Part shown: positions 47,940-57,048 of the stretch, piece after piece
Position numbering within the stretch: position 1 is the stretch's first letter
How the letters are laid out: the number at the start of each line of letters is the position of its first letter
Assembly (NCBI GenBank): GCA_049903315.1
Contig: JBNGBT010000003.1
Coordinates: 64,001 to 128,000 of the forward strand
DNA from: Candidatus Cloacimonadota bacterium
GTDB lineage: Bacteria; Cloacimonadota; Cloacimonadia; JGIOTU-2
Reading direction: 5' to 3'
DNA length: 64,000 bases
The notes under the pieces: generated by a model
The model's database searches: none
What the model was told of the DNA's origin: nothing
The model's input: the letters and a program-made list of their open reading frames with translations, nothing else
Program-made: the position numbers and the translations under genes

Positions 47940-49726
47940 AAAAATATATTTTAGTGCTTCTTTCAGTATTTCTTATGAGCATACTTCATGCGCAGAAAGC
48001 CGGTCCTTCAAAAGAAAAACTTATTTATAAACCGGACTCACTCCTTATTGATTCACTTGCCACTGTGATAACTGAACCAGAATTGGACACAAGCATAGTA
48101 GTGATGCCGATCGAGGAGCTGGAAGAATATATAGTTTCTTTGCAGGACACTTTTTTTTCTTATGAAGCAAAATCATTTCTGACCGATGAGTATTACTCTT
48201 TTGGGAATTCGCATTATGTAGTACCCGACCACAATGGTTCGATTGGAATATTAGGATCTAAACTGGATAATATCACGCAGCCCAAAGATCTGTTTTATCC
48301 TTTAATGAATTATTATGTGCTTCAAAATGATGATGGCAGAGATGAGCTCACTCCTTTGAACAATTCATTCCGGGCACTCTTAACTGATGTGCAATATTCG
48401 AATGGCGACTTCAATAATGAGAACAAGAGCATCGGTTTCATCAAGAATGAATTTGCCAACATAATTGATTTTCAGCTCTATTCTCAAAGCGGAGAGCATA
48501 CGAGCCCGTGGGGAAATAAATGCTACTTTGATAATTTTGTCTTTCAATTGCATAAAAATATTCTCACGGAATCTTACACAACGCATCGATTTAATTACAA
48601 TTTCATTAAATTATTCTCGGCCAAGGAAACATATAATGTATTCAATCCGGATTACGGAATTTCTCCTGATGCGCAGTATTTTCAAAAAAATGAAACGATC
48701 ATTAATCAATTTGATGCCTTCCTTTTCGATGAAATCCTTCATTTTTCCTACCTGAACCAGTACGGCAAAGAGCATATTTATAGTAATTCCGCACACAGAC
48801 CAAAAAATACGATCATGCGCCATCAGTTCAACATCGGTATAGATCTTCCGCTTGAGGAATATGCAACGGAGATTTTACTCCGCGCAGATTTGCAGGGCAT
48901 TGACCACTTTTACTGGAAAGGATTTCTGCATGATTATCTCATACATGTTTCTATGAATTCACCCGGCATTTTTGCGGATTTCTACTCAATAAAAATCATC
49001 AATGATGTGATATTTTCTGAAAAGCCGGATACGGTTTTCATTATGCCGGAGCTTGTTTTTGATATTCCGATCACGGAAAAGATCAATTCCGAGCTGTCTG
49101 TAGGTGCTCGAAGAAAAGAGAATAATTTCTATTATAATGGAGTGTATGCACTTGATAATAGAACGAAAGTAATTTTCAGCAATGCAGAAATTTCCTACTC
49201 AAATGAAAATACGAAGATTTCTCTTAATGCATTTTATGATGAGATCAGAAATGACGGGCAATGGATCTTATCCAATGATCAGAGTTCGTCTGCATATGAG
49301 AGTCTTGATGATTTCAAACTATTTGGGGTAGGTGCTGATACCGAACTTCATTCAAAAATATTAGGAATAGATAATACATACAACTTATCCGCCACCTATA
49401 CACATTGCCCTGATGATATTGTAAACTACCCTTCATATAAAGCGAAATTCCAATGGAAAAACAAGAAGCAGCTCCCTCATATGAATTTTATATTTCTTAA
49501 TGCCGAAGCATCCTATCTTGGCAGTTTTCTCGATATTACTGGAAATAAAGTCGATCATCAACTCTTTTGTTCTACTGAGGTCGGCGTGAGTATTAAACGG
49601 TTTTTGCTCTATTTGAAATTGACAAACATATTCAATATTCTTGACTCAAATTATTTCATGTACACACTCAATGAAGTAAATCCATTTGGTATCGCTTTTG
49701 GTGTGCAATGGAATTTCATAAATTAA
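47936..49726 (+). CDS. Hypothetical exported protein, probable outer-membrane beta-barrel
   Basis: Signal peptide and amphipathic beta-strand pattern, ending in ...FGVQWNFIN. Confidence 0.6.
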   Translation: MKKYILVLLSVFLMSILHAQKAGPSKEKLIYKPDSLLIDSLATVITEPELDTSIVVMPIEELEEYIVSLQDTFFSYEAKSFLTDEYYSFGNSHYVVPDHNGSIGILGSKLDNITQPKDLFYPLMNYYVLQNDDGRDELTPLNNSFRALLTDVQYSNGDFNNENKSIGFIKNEFANIIDFQLYSQSGEHTSPWGNKCYFDNFVFQLHKNILTESYTTHRFNYNFIKLFSAKETYNVFNPDYGISPDAQYFQKNETIINQFDAFLFDEILHFSYLNQYGKEHIYSNSAHRPKNTIMRHQFNIGIDLPLEEYATEILLRADLQGIDHFYWKGFLHDYLIHVSMNSPGIFADFYSIKIINDVIFSEKPDTVFIMPELVFDIPITEKINSELSVGARRKENNFYYNGVYALDNRTKVIFSNAEISYSNENTKISLNAFYDEIRNDGQWILSNDQSSSAYESLDDFKLFGVGADTELHSKILGIDNTYNLSATYTHCPDDIVNYPSYKAKFQWKNKKQLPHMNFIFLNAEASYLGSFLDITGNKVDHQLFCSTEVGVSIKRFLLYLKLTNIFNILDSNYFMYTLNEVNPFGIAFGVQWNFIN

Positions 49727-49732
49727 ATGCGG

Positions 49733-49829
49733 AACCACGAAACACACGAAATGCACGAAAAAATAGAGTGTGAGTAAAGATTTAAAAACTAAAAATCTAT
49801 GTTCGTGTTTTTTAGTGCTTTTCGTGCTA
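49733..49829. repeat. Intergenic palindromic element made of CACGAAA units (empty cassette)
   Basis: AACCACGAAACACACGAAATGCACGAAA ... TTCGTGTTTTTTAGTGCTTTTCGTGC. The outer motif is the same as at the GxxExxY cassette ends. Confidence 0.6.
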
Positions 49830-49854
49830 AGAATATTCTGATTACGGAGTGTCT

Positions 49855-50046
49855 ATGGAATGTAAAAAAACTGTAAATATGCACATGTGCAATTGCACCT
49901 ATCCATGCGATAAAAAGGGTATGTGCTGCGAGTGCATTGCATATCACAGAAAAAGGGGAGAGCTCCCAGCCTGTTATTTTACTGAAGCTCAGGAGAAAAC
50001 GTATGACAGAAGTATTGAATATTTTATTCAAGTAAACACACGGTAA
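49855..50046 (+). CDS. Small cysteine-rich protein (DUF6485-like)
   Basis: [31 protein letters not shown]...TYDRS, with a GGAG RBS. Confidence 0.75.
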   Translation: MECKKTVNMHMCNCTYPCDKKGMCCECIAYHRKRGELPACYFTEAQEKTYDRSIEYFIQVNTR

Positions 50047-50066
50047 TGAACAAGAGGAGGCAACTC

Positions 50067-52139
50067 ATGCAAAAAATTACCATTTCTTTATTTATGCTGC
50101 TTCTTATCTTTGCAGCAAGCGCCGGCGCAACTGATTTTATGAAAGCCGGTGAAAACCAACCTCAGTCTGTCCAAAATTATGACATTTCAAAAATGAAAAT
50201 GTATCAGGGACAGATGAGAGACAATACCCCTGTGCCCGATTACAACATGGTCGTCAATCCTTTTAGCATTATGACTTCCTATTATGATTACATGCCGGGA
50301 AGTTATGTCAGCTATCCTATCCGACCGCAGAGCGATTATGGCGGCGGCACCTACATGACGTTTTTCGGCACGGCATCGACCACTACAAACCGCCGTCAGT
50401 ACTGGGCATATGCAGATGCTGCCGGAAACGTCGGTGGAAACTGGGCAACCATCAGCACCTATGATTACTGGCAGGGCTATGGCAGCATGGCAGTTCATCC
50501 TGCCACCGGCAACCCCTTTGCTTCGTGGCACGAGGATTTCGGTGCAGATCCAAAACTTCCCTTTAACTATGATGACTACCACCTGCTCTCGATTCCCGGA
50601 TTCTGGGCTACACCTATCGTGTTTCTCAACACCCCGCCAAATCAATATTGCTGGCCCTATATTCATGTGGGAGCTTCTCCGGACGGAGCCAACTATTTAA
50701 GGATCTATCATTTGTCCAACAATAATAACACTGATTCTTTTGGAAATTTCTGTGAAGATGTGCGCATTCTCTATACTGATATTGAGAATTCTGAGTGGGT
50801 AGATTTTTCTACCATCATGAATACTGCCAATTGGGATGAAGTCACTGTGTTCACAGACTGGCGCGCAAAATCCTGCCGACCTTTCCAATCCTTTGCTGTT
50901 GATCCCAATTTAGACGGACATGTCGCATTCATCGGATGTGCAGCTTGGCTGGAAGGTGACCTTGGAGATATGCCAGTAGAACAAGGAGCATTCATGTGGG
51001 AATCCTTTGATTACGGAGAGACCTGGGATTATGCAAACTTGCACTCAGATGGTCCGACCGATTACTTCTACACAGTTGCAAATCTTCCTCAGTTTGAGGA
51101 TAATAACCTGCAAATTCTGCCGGAGCTTCAAGTCGGAGCGTTTGGCTATCACAGCACCGCAACCTTTGATAATTATGGATTGCATTTTCCCTATATTCAA
51201 TATTATGGATTTGATGACGCAGGTACTTATTACTTCAACCACTTTCTTCCCTCTGCAGAATTAGTATGGAATGGCACTGATTTTGAATATCATAATGTGC
51301 CAGGTTTCCCATGGATGGATACCGGGACCTCGGGTCATGATGTACCATGGGGTGTCGAAGGTGATGATACACTCTATGTGTACAGCGTGGCGTATTCAAA
51401 ATATGAACCTGCCGGAGGAGCAGCCCTCTTTCATGAAAGTACTCAAAAACAAGCAGTAAATGTTGAGAATAACTGGATGCTCCAGATGTGGGTGGACGGA
51501 ACATATGTACAGCTTGCTGAAGATGGCGATCCTGCATATGCTGCCTATGCACAGCATCCATTGATCTATATTTCGGTCTCCAGCAATAATGGTCAAACCT
51601 GGTCTGAACCTCTTGAATTTACTGATATTTACAATCCTAATTTCAACTTCTCCGACCAGATCACGGTCTATCCCTACATCTCCCAGAACATTAAAGATAT
51701 TGGTGATGATTGGGGTGAGATCATGTATTACTATTTCAATGATAATTCCTTTGGCTCTTTTGTTCAGGGACAGGGAGCACAAACCGGCGGTGAGATCACT
51801 CAGGGTGTTCTTCAGATAAAATTTCCTGAAGTGGGTGTCGATGACGAACCAATTCCCAATATGATACTATCCAGGAATACGCCAAATCCTTTCTGGAACT
51901 CAACGAAGATATCCTTCACGAGCAAGAAGGTATTGAACGAAGGAACTAACGTCGCGATTTACAATGCTAAAGGTCAACTCGTCCGCACTTTGCCATTAAC
52001 TCTTGAGACTCCTCAAAATGGTTATACAGATTGGGACGGCAAAGATGATGAGGGTCACAATGTTACAAATGGGATTTACTTCTATAAACTGCAAGGATCT
52101 GTTGATTCACCGGCTGGTAAAATGCTCTTAACCCGATAA
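50067..52139 (+). CDS. Secreted protein with Asp-box/BNR-like motifs and a C-terminal sorting (FlgD-Ig-like) domain, paralog 1
   Basis: AGGAGG RBS, signal peptide, ESFDYGETW and SSNNGQTWSEP Asp-boxes, and NTPNPF...IYNAKGQLV...WDGKD...GIYFYKL. Confidence 0.8.
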   Translation: MQKITISLFMLLLIFAASAGATDFMKAGENQPQSVQNYDISKMKMYQGQMRDNTPVPDYNMVVNPFSIMTSYYDYMPGSYVSYPIRPQSDYGGGTYMTFFGTASTTTNRRQYWAYADAAGNVGGNWATISTYDYWQGYGSMAVHPATGNPFASWHEDFGADPKLPFNYDDYHLLSIPGFWATPIVFLNTPPNQYCWPYIHVGASPDGANYLRIYHLSNNNNTDSFGNFCEDVRILYTDIENSEWVDFSTIMNTANWDEVTVFTDWRAKSCRPFQSFAVDPNLDGHVAFIGCAAWLEGDLGDMPVEQGAFMWESFDYGETWDYANLHSDGPTDYFYTVANLPQFEDNNLQILPELQVGAFGYHSTATFDNYGLHFPYIQYYGFDDAGTYYFNHFLPSAELVWNGTDFEYHNVPGFPWMDTGTSGHDVPWGVEGDDTLYVYSVAYSKYEPAGGAALFHESTQKQAVNVENNWMLQMWVDGTYVQLAEDGDPAYAAYAQHPLIYISVSSNNGQTWSEPLEFTDIYNPNFNFSDQITVYPYISQNIKDIGDDWGEIMYYYFNDNSFGSFVQGQGAQTGGEITQGVLQIKFPEVGVDDEPIPNMILSRNTPNPFWNSTKISFTSKKVLNEGTNVAIYNAKGQLVRTLPLTLETPQNGYTDWDGKDDEGHNVTNGIYFYKLQGSVDSPAGKMLLTR

Positions 52140-52160
52140 ACTTCAATAATAATTAAGTAC

Positions 52161-52192
52161 AAAGTCCGTGTCTTTTGATGCGGACTTTTTTT
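52161..52192 (+). terminator. Rho-independent terminator (copy 1)
   Basis: AAAGTCCGTGTC-TTTT-GATGCGGACTTTTTTT. Confidence 0.8.
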
Positions 52193-52270
52193 ATTGACAA
52201 AAATTTTGAAATAATACCTAATGCGTATGCACAAATATGTTTTGGGAATATATTTCTCAAAGGAGGAACA

Positions 52271-54250
52271 ATGAAAAGTGTGATTTTTATGCTGGTTGTG
52301 ATCTTATTTGTAAGTTCGCAGCAATTAATAGCTGAGAATAATCCTGTTCCTGAATACGACTTCCTTACCTACCCTACCACAATAATGACTTCTTATTATG
52401 ACTATTTACCCGGCGGCTTGAATACATACCCAATAGCACATCAAACAGATCTTGGAGATGGAACGTATTTGATTTTTATGGCACAAGATGAGTCCTCATC
52501 AAATCGTAGGGTTTATGATGCATATTTGAACTCTGATGGTACTGTATCCTATTATGGCCCCATTACCTGGCAAGACCGCTCGCAAGGTTATGGTGATATC
52601 GAAGTTCATCCAGCCACAGGTGATGGCGTTGCAACATGGCATGAATTTTTAACAACAGAGTATGCATGTGCAATTGCATTGTATGATTATGGATTGACTT
52701 ATCCACCGTGGGGTTGGATGATAGGATATATACATTCAATCCCTCCCGACGAATATCTTTGGCCCCAGATCCATAAAGGACCGTCACCGCTTGGAGATGA
52801 TTGGATAAGATTTTACCATGTATCATATAATGGTGCATCCGATCCTTTTGATCATCCATGTGAAGACATGCGCATTCTCTATATTGATATAGAAAATACA
52901 CCCACTGCTGATTTGACCCCAATTCTTATTGAGAGCAATTGGACTGCAGTATATCCTCTATATAGCTGGCGTGACGTATCTTGTCGTCCCAGCGCTTCAT
53001 TTGCAATAGATTATATGAATCCCGGACATGTAGCAATTATCGGGCTGGCTTCCTGGTTGGAAGGTGATCTTGGGAACATGCCGGTCGAGGAAGGCGCATT
53101 TGTGTGGGAGTCATTCGATTATGGTGCTACCTGGGATACTTCAAACCTACATGACGATGGTCCCGGATCAGCATTTTACGACGTTGATAATCTACCCCAG
53201 TTCGAGCTGCCCGGTGGAGATATTCCTGATAAACTCTACACACGAGCCGGAGGATATAAGAGCACTGCGGTCATAGATAATGAAGGAAATGTTCATTTTC
53301 CATATTTGCAGGAATATACTATGGAAGATGTGGATGGATACTACTATTTCCAGACAGAATTTCTCCCACAGGCAGAATTTGTATGGGATGGCGATGATTT
53401 TATTTTCAGAAATGTACCTGCTTTTCCGTGGATGGACAATGGCGGATCAGGACATGATGTACCCTGGGGGATCGATCCGGCAACGGGAGATACTCTTTTT
53501 CAATATGCTCAAGCACTCTATTATTATGACGATCTTAGCCCATGGAGTAGTGTACAGGCACAATCCTTTTCTGTGGACAACGAGTGGATGATACAGTTAT
53601 GGACTGATTGTACATACATGTATTATGCTATAATTGGAGAGCCTGGTTATTATGAATATGGTATCCATCCCCTTATTGCAATTTCTGCATCTAAGGATAA
53701 TGGGGAGACCTGGTCGGAACCGCTCTATCTTACTGATATATATAATCCGAATTATAACTTTGCAGACCAGATCACCGTGTATCCTTATACTCAAAAGATC
53801 ATCGAGGATGTGGATGGCAGTGATGGGAAATTTGTCATTATGTATATGGATGATAATGATTTCGGTTCATACATCCTTGGACAGGGACCTAATACCGGAG
53901 GTCAGATCAACGAATTAATTATTCAAATGGATTTCAGTTTTCTCGATGCAGGTGAGGAACCTGTTCCCGATATTGTTTTTTCGCAAAATCAACCAAATCC
54001 TTTCCGGCACACAACGAAGATTTCTTTCAGTAGCAAGAAGGCATTGAAAGAAGGAACTGAAGTAGCAATTTACAATGCAAAAGGGCAGCTTGTCCGCGCG
54101 TTGCTCTTAACTCTTGAAACTCCTCAAAACGGCTATGCAGATTGGGACGGGAAAGATGCCGAAGGTTATCAAGTTGCGAGTGGGATATATTTCTATAAAC
54201 TGCAAGGATCAGTTGACTCACCTGCAGGAAAGATGCTTTTAGCTCGATAA
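52271..54250 (+). CDS. Secreted protein with Asp-box motifs and a C-terminal sorting domain, paralog 2
   Basis: AGGAGG RBS before MKSVIF. Shares MTSYYDY.PG, VHPATG, CED.RILY, WLEGDLG.MPVE.GAF.WESFDYG and FxDQITVYPY with paralog 1. Confidence 0.8.
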   Translation: MKSVIFMLVVILFVSSQQLIAENNPVPEYDFLTYPTTIMTSYYDYLPGGLNTYPIAHQTDLGDGTYLIFMAQDESSSNRRVYDAYLNSDGTVSYYGPITWQDRSQGYGDIEVHPATGDGVATWHEFLTTEYACAIALYDYGLTYPPWGWMIGYIHSIPPDEYLWPQIHKGPSPLGDDWIRFYHVSYNGASDPFDHPCEDMRILYIDIENTPTADLTPILIESNWTAVYPLYSWRDVSCRPSASFAIDYMNPGHVAIIGLASWLEGDLGNMPVEEGAFVWESFDYGATWDTSNLHDDGPGSAFYDVDNLPQFELPGGDIPDKLYTRAGGYKSTAVIDNEGNVHFPYLQEYTMEDVDGYYYFQTEFLPQAEFVWDGDDFIFRNVPAFPWMDNGGSGHDVPWGIDPATGDTLFQYAQALYYYDDLSPWSSVQAQSFSVDNEWMIQLWTDCTYMYYAIIGEPGYYEYGIHPLIAISASKDNGETWSEPLYLTDIYNPNYNFADQITVYPYTQKIIEDVDGSDGKFVIMYMDDNDFGSYILGQGPNTGGQINELIIQMDFSFLDAGEEPVPDIVFSQNQPNPFRHTTKISFSSKKALKEGTEVAIYNAKGQLVRALLLTLETPQNGYADWDGKDAEGYQVASGIYFYKLQGSVDSPAGKMLLAR

Positions 54251-54270
54251 ACTTCTCCTAATTCGATTCG

Positions 54271-54302
54271 AAAGTCCGTGTCTTTTGATGCGGACTTTTT
54301 TT
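54271..54302 (+). terminator. Rho-independent terminator (copy 2, identical to copy 1)
   Basis: Same 32-nt sequence as 52161-52192. Confidence 0.8.
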
Positions 54303-54358
54303 ATGAGTCGTTTTAAGGAGCTGGCATCCTGACTATATCATATGATGATTGCAATAGC

Positions 54359-54417
54359 TAAATCCAAAATAATAGTTGACGTAAATTTTTCAGCTTCATT
54401 TTTGTAAAACCAAATTA
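54359..54417 (+). repeat. ~60-bp promoter-containing direct repeat, copy 1
   Basis: TAAATCCAAAATAATAGTTGACGTAAATTTTTCAGCTTCATTTTTGTAAAACCAAATTA, which recurs at 55622-55681. Confidence 0.85.
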
Positions 54418-54492
54418 GTGAAAAAATATGTAAGTGTTAATGAAAAACGGATAGAAGATCGAGATTTTGTAGAGTGCGAAAGAGGTGTCTGT

Positions 54493-55524
54493 ATGGCTTC
54501 CATTGGTGCAATAATTAAAAAATATCAGTTGATATCCTATTTTATTCTAACTTATATTATTACATGGATTATTTTTTTCATACCATTATTCATTACAATC
54601 GCGGACTGGCCAACCAAGATTCTTGTAATGGCAATAGGTGGAACCGGACCTGCATTTGCTGCAATAATCCTATCACATATTTTAAAGCCCAGCAAAATTA
54701 AGACAAACACAAAAAAATATCTGACTGTTCTCATTATTGCAACGCTGATAACTGCTGCTCTGATAGTAAATTACCTACAGATTTCGACCTCAGCATCCTT
54801 CCTGCTCCTGCTCCTTGTATTCGTAAATGCAGTTATCGCAGCTTTTATAATAAGCGGCGGTTTATCTCCCCGTAAGGGGATTAAGGAATTGCTGAGTAAA
54901 CTCTACATCTGGAAAGTCAGCTGGAAATATTATGTGATGGCACTCGTCTTCATTCCAGCCCTGACATTTATCACCGCAATTTACTGCACCATGAATGCTG
55001 GAATTTCCCTACGTGAAATTTCACCCCATTTATCATTGAGTGTTGTATTTTCGGTAATCATCACATGTGGATATGTAACTCTCGTCAGGGGGCCATTAAG
55101 GGAAGAAATAGGATGGAGAGGTTTTGCACTTCCACGACTACAGTATCGATATTCCCCGCTTTTTGCATCACTTATCCTGGGAATTATATGGACTGTCTGG
55201 CACCTGCCACTGCATTTAAGCGGAATTTACGGTGGTGGAATTGGGGGATTCATTGAGAGATTCTACTATAATATCGGAATTACATTCCTCATTACCTGGA
55301 TCTATAATCATTCAAAAGGGAGTCTCCTGTTGACTACTTTCTTTCATACATCTTTCAATTCTACCGCCACGGTGATATCTCTTCCCGCAGGAATAGACGG
55401 ATCACTTTTCATGCTGATCTACGGTGGTCTGATCAATATTGCAGCCATAGTTGTTATCTTCACTGACAGGATGTGGATAAAACTCCCCAAAGACCACAAG
55501 GCTGTGTACAAATATTATGACTAA
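54493..55524 (+). CDS. CPBP/CAAX-protease (Abi) family intramembrane metalloprotease
   Basis: EEIGWRGFALPRL, WTVWHLP and FFHTSFN, in a multi-TM protein. Confidence 0.9.
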   Translation: MASIGAIIKKYQLISYFILTYIITWIIFFIPLFITIADWPTKILVMAIGGTGPAFAAIILSHILKPSKIKTNTKKYLTVLIIATLITAALIVNYLQISTSASFLLLLLVFVNAVIAAFIISGGLSPRKGIKELLSKLYIWKVSWKYYVMALVFIPALTFITAIYCTMNAGISLREISPHLSLSVVFSVIITCGYVTLVRGPLREEIGWRGFALPRLQYRYSPLFASLILGIIWTVWHLPLHLSGIYGGGIGGFIERFYYNIGITFLITWIYNHSKGSLLLTTFFHTSFNSTATVISLPAGIDGSLFMLIYGGLINIAAIVVIFTDRMWIKLPKDHKAVYKYYD

Positions 55525-55621
55525 CTGGAAATAAGTATATTTCCTCTTTTATATTCAAAAAATACCTTCAAATTATTTTCTGTAACTTTCCTGGACTCGT
55601 TTTGATTTATATAGAGGACTG

Positions 55622-55681
55622 TAAATCCGAAATAATAGTTGACGTAAATTTTTCAGCTTCATTTTTTGTAAAACCAAATTA
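55622..55681 (+). repeat. ~60-bp promoter-containing direct repeat, copy 2
   Basis: Matches 54359-54417 with one substitution and one extra T. Confidence 0.85.
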
Positions 55682-55703
55682 TTAAAAAAGTATGTACGTT
55701 TAA

Positions 55704-56453
55704 ATGAAAAAAAGAATAATAGTTCTCGTTGGGTTACTGCTTCTCATACCCCTCCTGCTTTCTGCGAAAGTCACGTATCCCAAACCTACGCAATGGGTGA
55801 ATGATTTTGCAGGTGTACTTTCCAGCAGCACAGTCAGCCAACTGAATAGACTTGCGCTCGAGATCAAACAGAAGACTGGTTTCGAACTTGCTGTGGCGGT
55901 TGTCAAAGATATGCAGGGAGAAGACTATTACACCTACGCAAATAAATTGTATGCGACATGGGGAGTAGGAACCAAAGATGATGAGGGCTGCCTTATACTT
56001 ATCGCAGTTGATGAACGAAAACTGAAGATCGAAGTCGGCTATGGAGCAGAGGGCTTCATCACAGATGGGCTTGCTGGTGAGATCGCAGATACCTACATGG
56101 TCCCATATCTCAAAAATAACAACTGGGATGAGGGATTGATTCAAGGTTACCTTGCACTTGCTTCTGTCGTTGGCAGGAATTATGGAGTGCAGTTCGACGG
56201 CGTTCCTGAAGAAGTATATCAAATTGATGAGAAACCAGATGCCAGAAGTATTATTAAATTCATTATTGGATTTATTATCTTCTTGCTGATCTTCGGTGGT
56301 CGCATGGGATTTTTTCCATTCCTTTTCCTTGGTGGAATGGGGGGGGGGAGAAGCTCAGGTGGAAGTTGGAGCAGTGGTAGTGGAGGATTTGGCGGTTTTG
56401 GTGGCTTCGGCGGAGGCATGAGTGGAGGCGGAGGAGTAGGTCGAGGTTTCTAA
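55704..56453 (+). CDS. TPM-domain (YgcG-like) membrane protein
   Basis: VNDFAGVLS and IEVGYGAEGFITD, then a TM helix and a Gly-rich GGFGGFGGGMSGGGG tail. Confidence 0.9.
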   Translation: MKKRIIVLVGLLLLIPLLLSAKVTYPKPTQWVNDFAGVLSSSTVSQLNRLALEIKQKTGFELAVAVVKDMQGEDYYTYANKLYATWGVGTKDDEGCLILIAVDERKLKIEVGYGAEGFITDGLAGEIADTYMVPYLKNNNWDEGLIQGYLALASVVGRNYGVQFDGVPEEVYQIDEKPDARSIIKFIIGFIIFLLIFGGRMGFFPFLFLGGMGGGRSSGGSWSSGSGGFGGFGGFGGGMSGGGGVGRGF

Positions 56454-57025
56454 TGCCGTGGTATTTGATCATTATAATTTTTATACTTAATATTCTCTGG
56501 GGAATCGGATTTTTCTATTTTCTTCTCCTTATTTTCTTTCATCCGAGAAAGAAGCTGAAACTTTTTGGTAAAGAACTGCCTATTGTTGGAATTCTCATAT
56601 TCTTACGGAATAAGGTCGCCGGGATCATCAAAGAGAAATATGAAACATTCATAGAACGCTTCCCGGGTGGTGCGGTAAATGTGAAAAAAGAGGAGTTCAT
56701 TCGGAGCATTTACGAAAAGATCCAGCAATGGACAGAAGAGAAGTTGTCGGTGCAGAACCTTCCACCCTTCATCCAAAAACCGCTTCTCTCCTTTGTACAG
56801 GTTGTTTCAGACCATTTTTTAAAAGAACTATTCAGGAATTTTATTCCCAATCTTGCAGAAAAATATCAGATCAAAGAAAAAATATTCAATTTGTTGTCAG
56901 ATGAAAATATGAAATTTATTGAAGATAAAGCAAAATATTATCTCACGAAACCATTGGTGATCATAGGGGCTCTTTTCGGATTGCTCTTTGGTTTTTTAAA
57001 CCTAATTTTGCTGATTATCTTCTAA
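56453..57025 (+). CDS. Hypothetical membrane protein (N- and C-terminal TM; DUF445-like topology)
   Basis: Hydrophobic termini, FHPRKK...P, and C-terminal GALFGLLFG. Coupled to the TPM gene by a TAATG overlap. Confidence 0.65.
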   Translation: MPWYLIIIIFILNILWGIGFFYFLLLIFFHPRKKLKLFGKELPIVGILIFLRNKVAGIIKEKYETFIERFPGGAVNVKKEEFIRSIYEKIQQWTEEKLSVQNLPPFIQKPLLSFVQVVSDHFLKELFRNFIPNLAEKYQIKEKIFNLLSDENMKFIEDKAKYYLTKPLVIIGALFGLLFGFLNLILLIIF

Positions 57026-57048
57026 ATGAAATAAAGAGAGAGGTCTCC

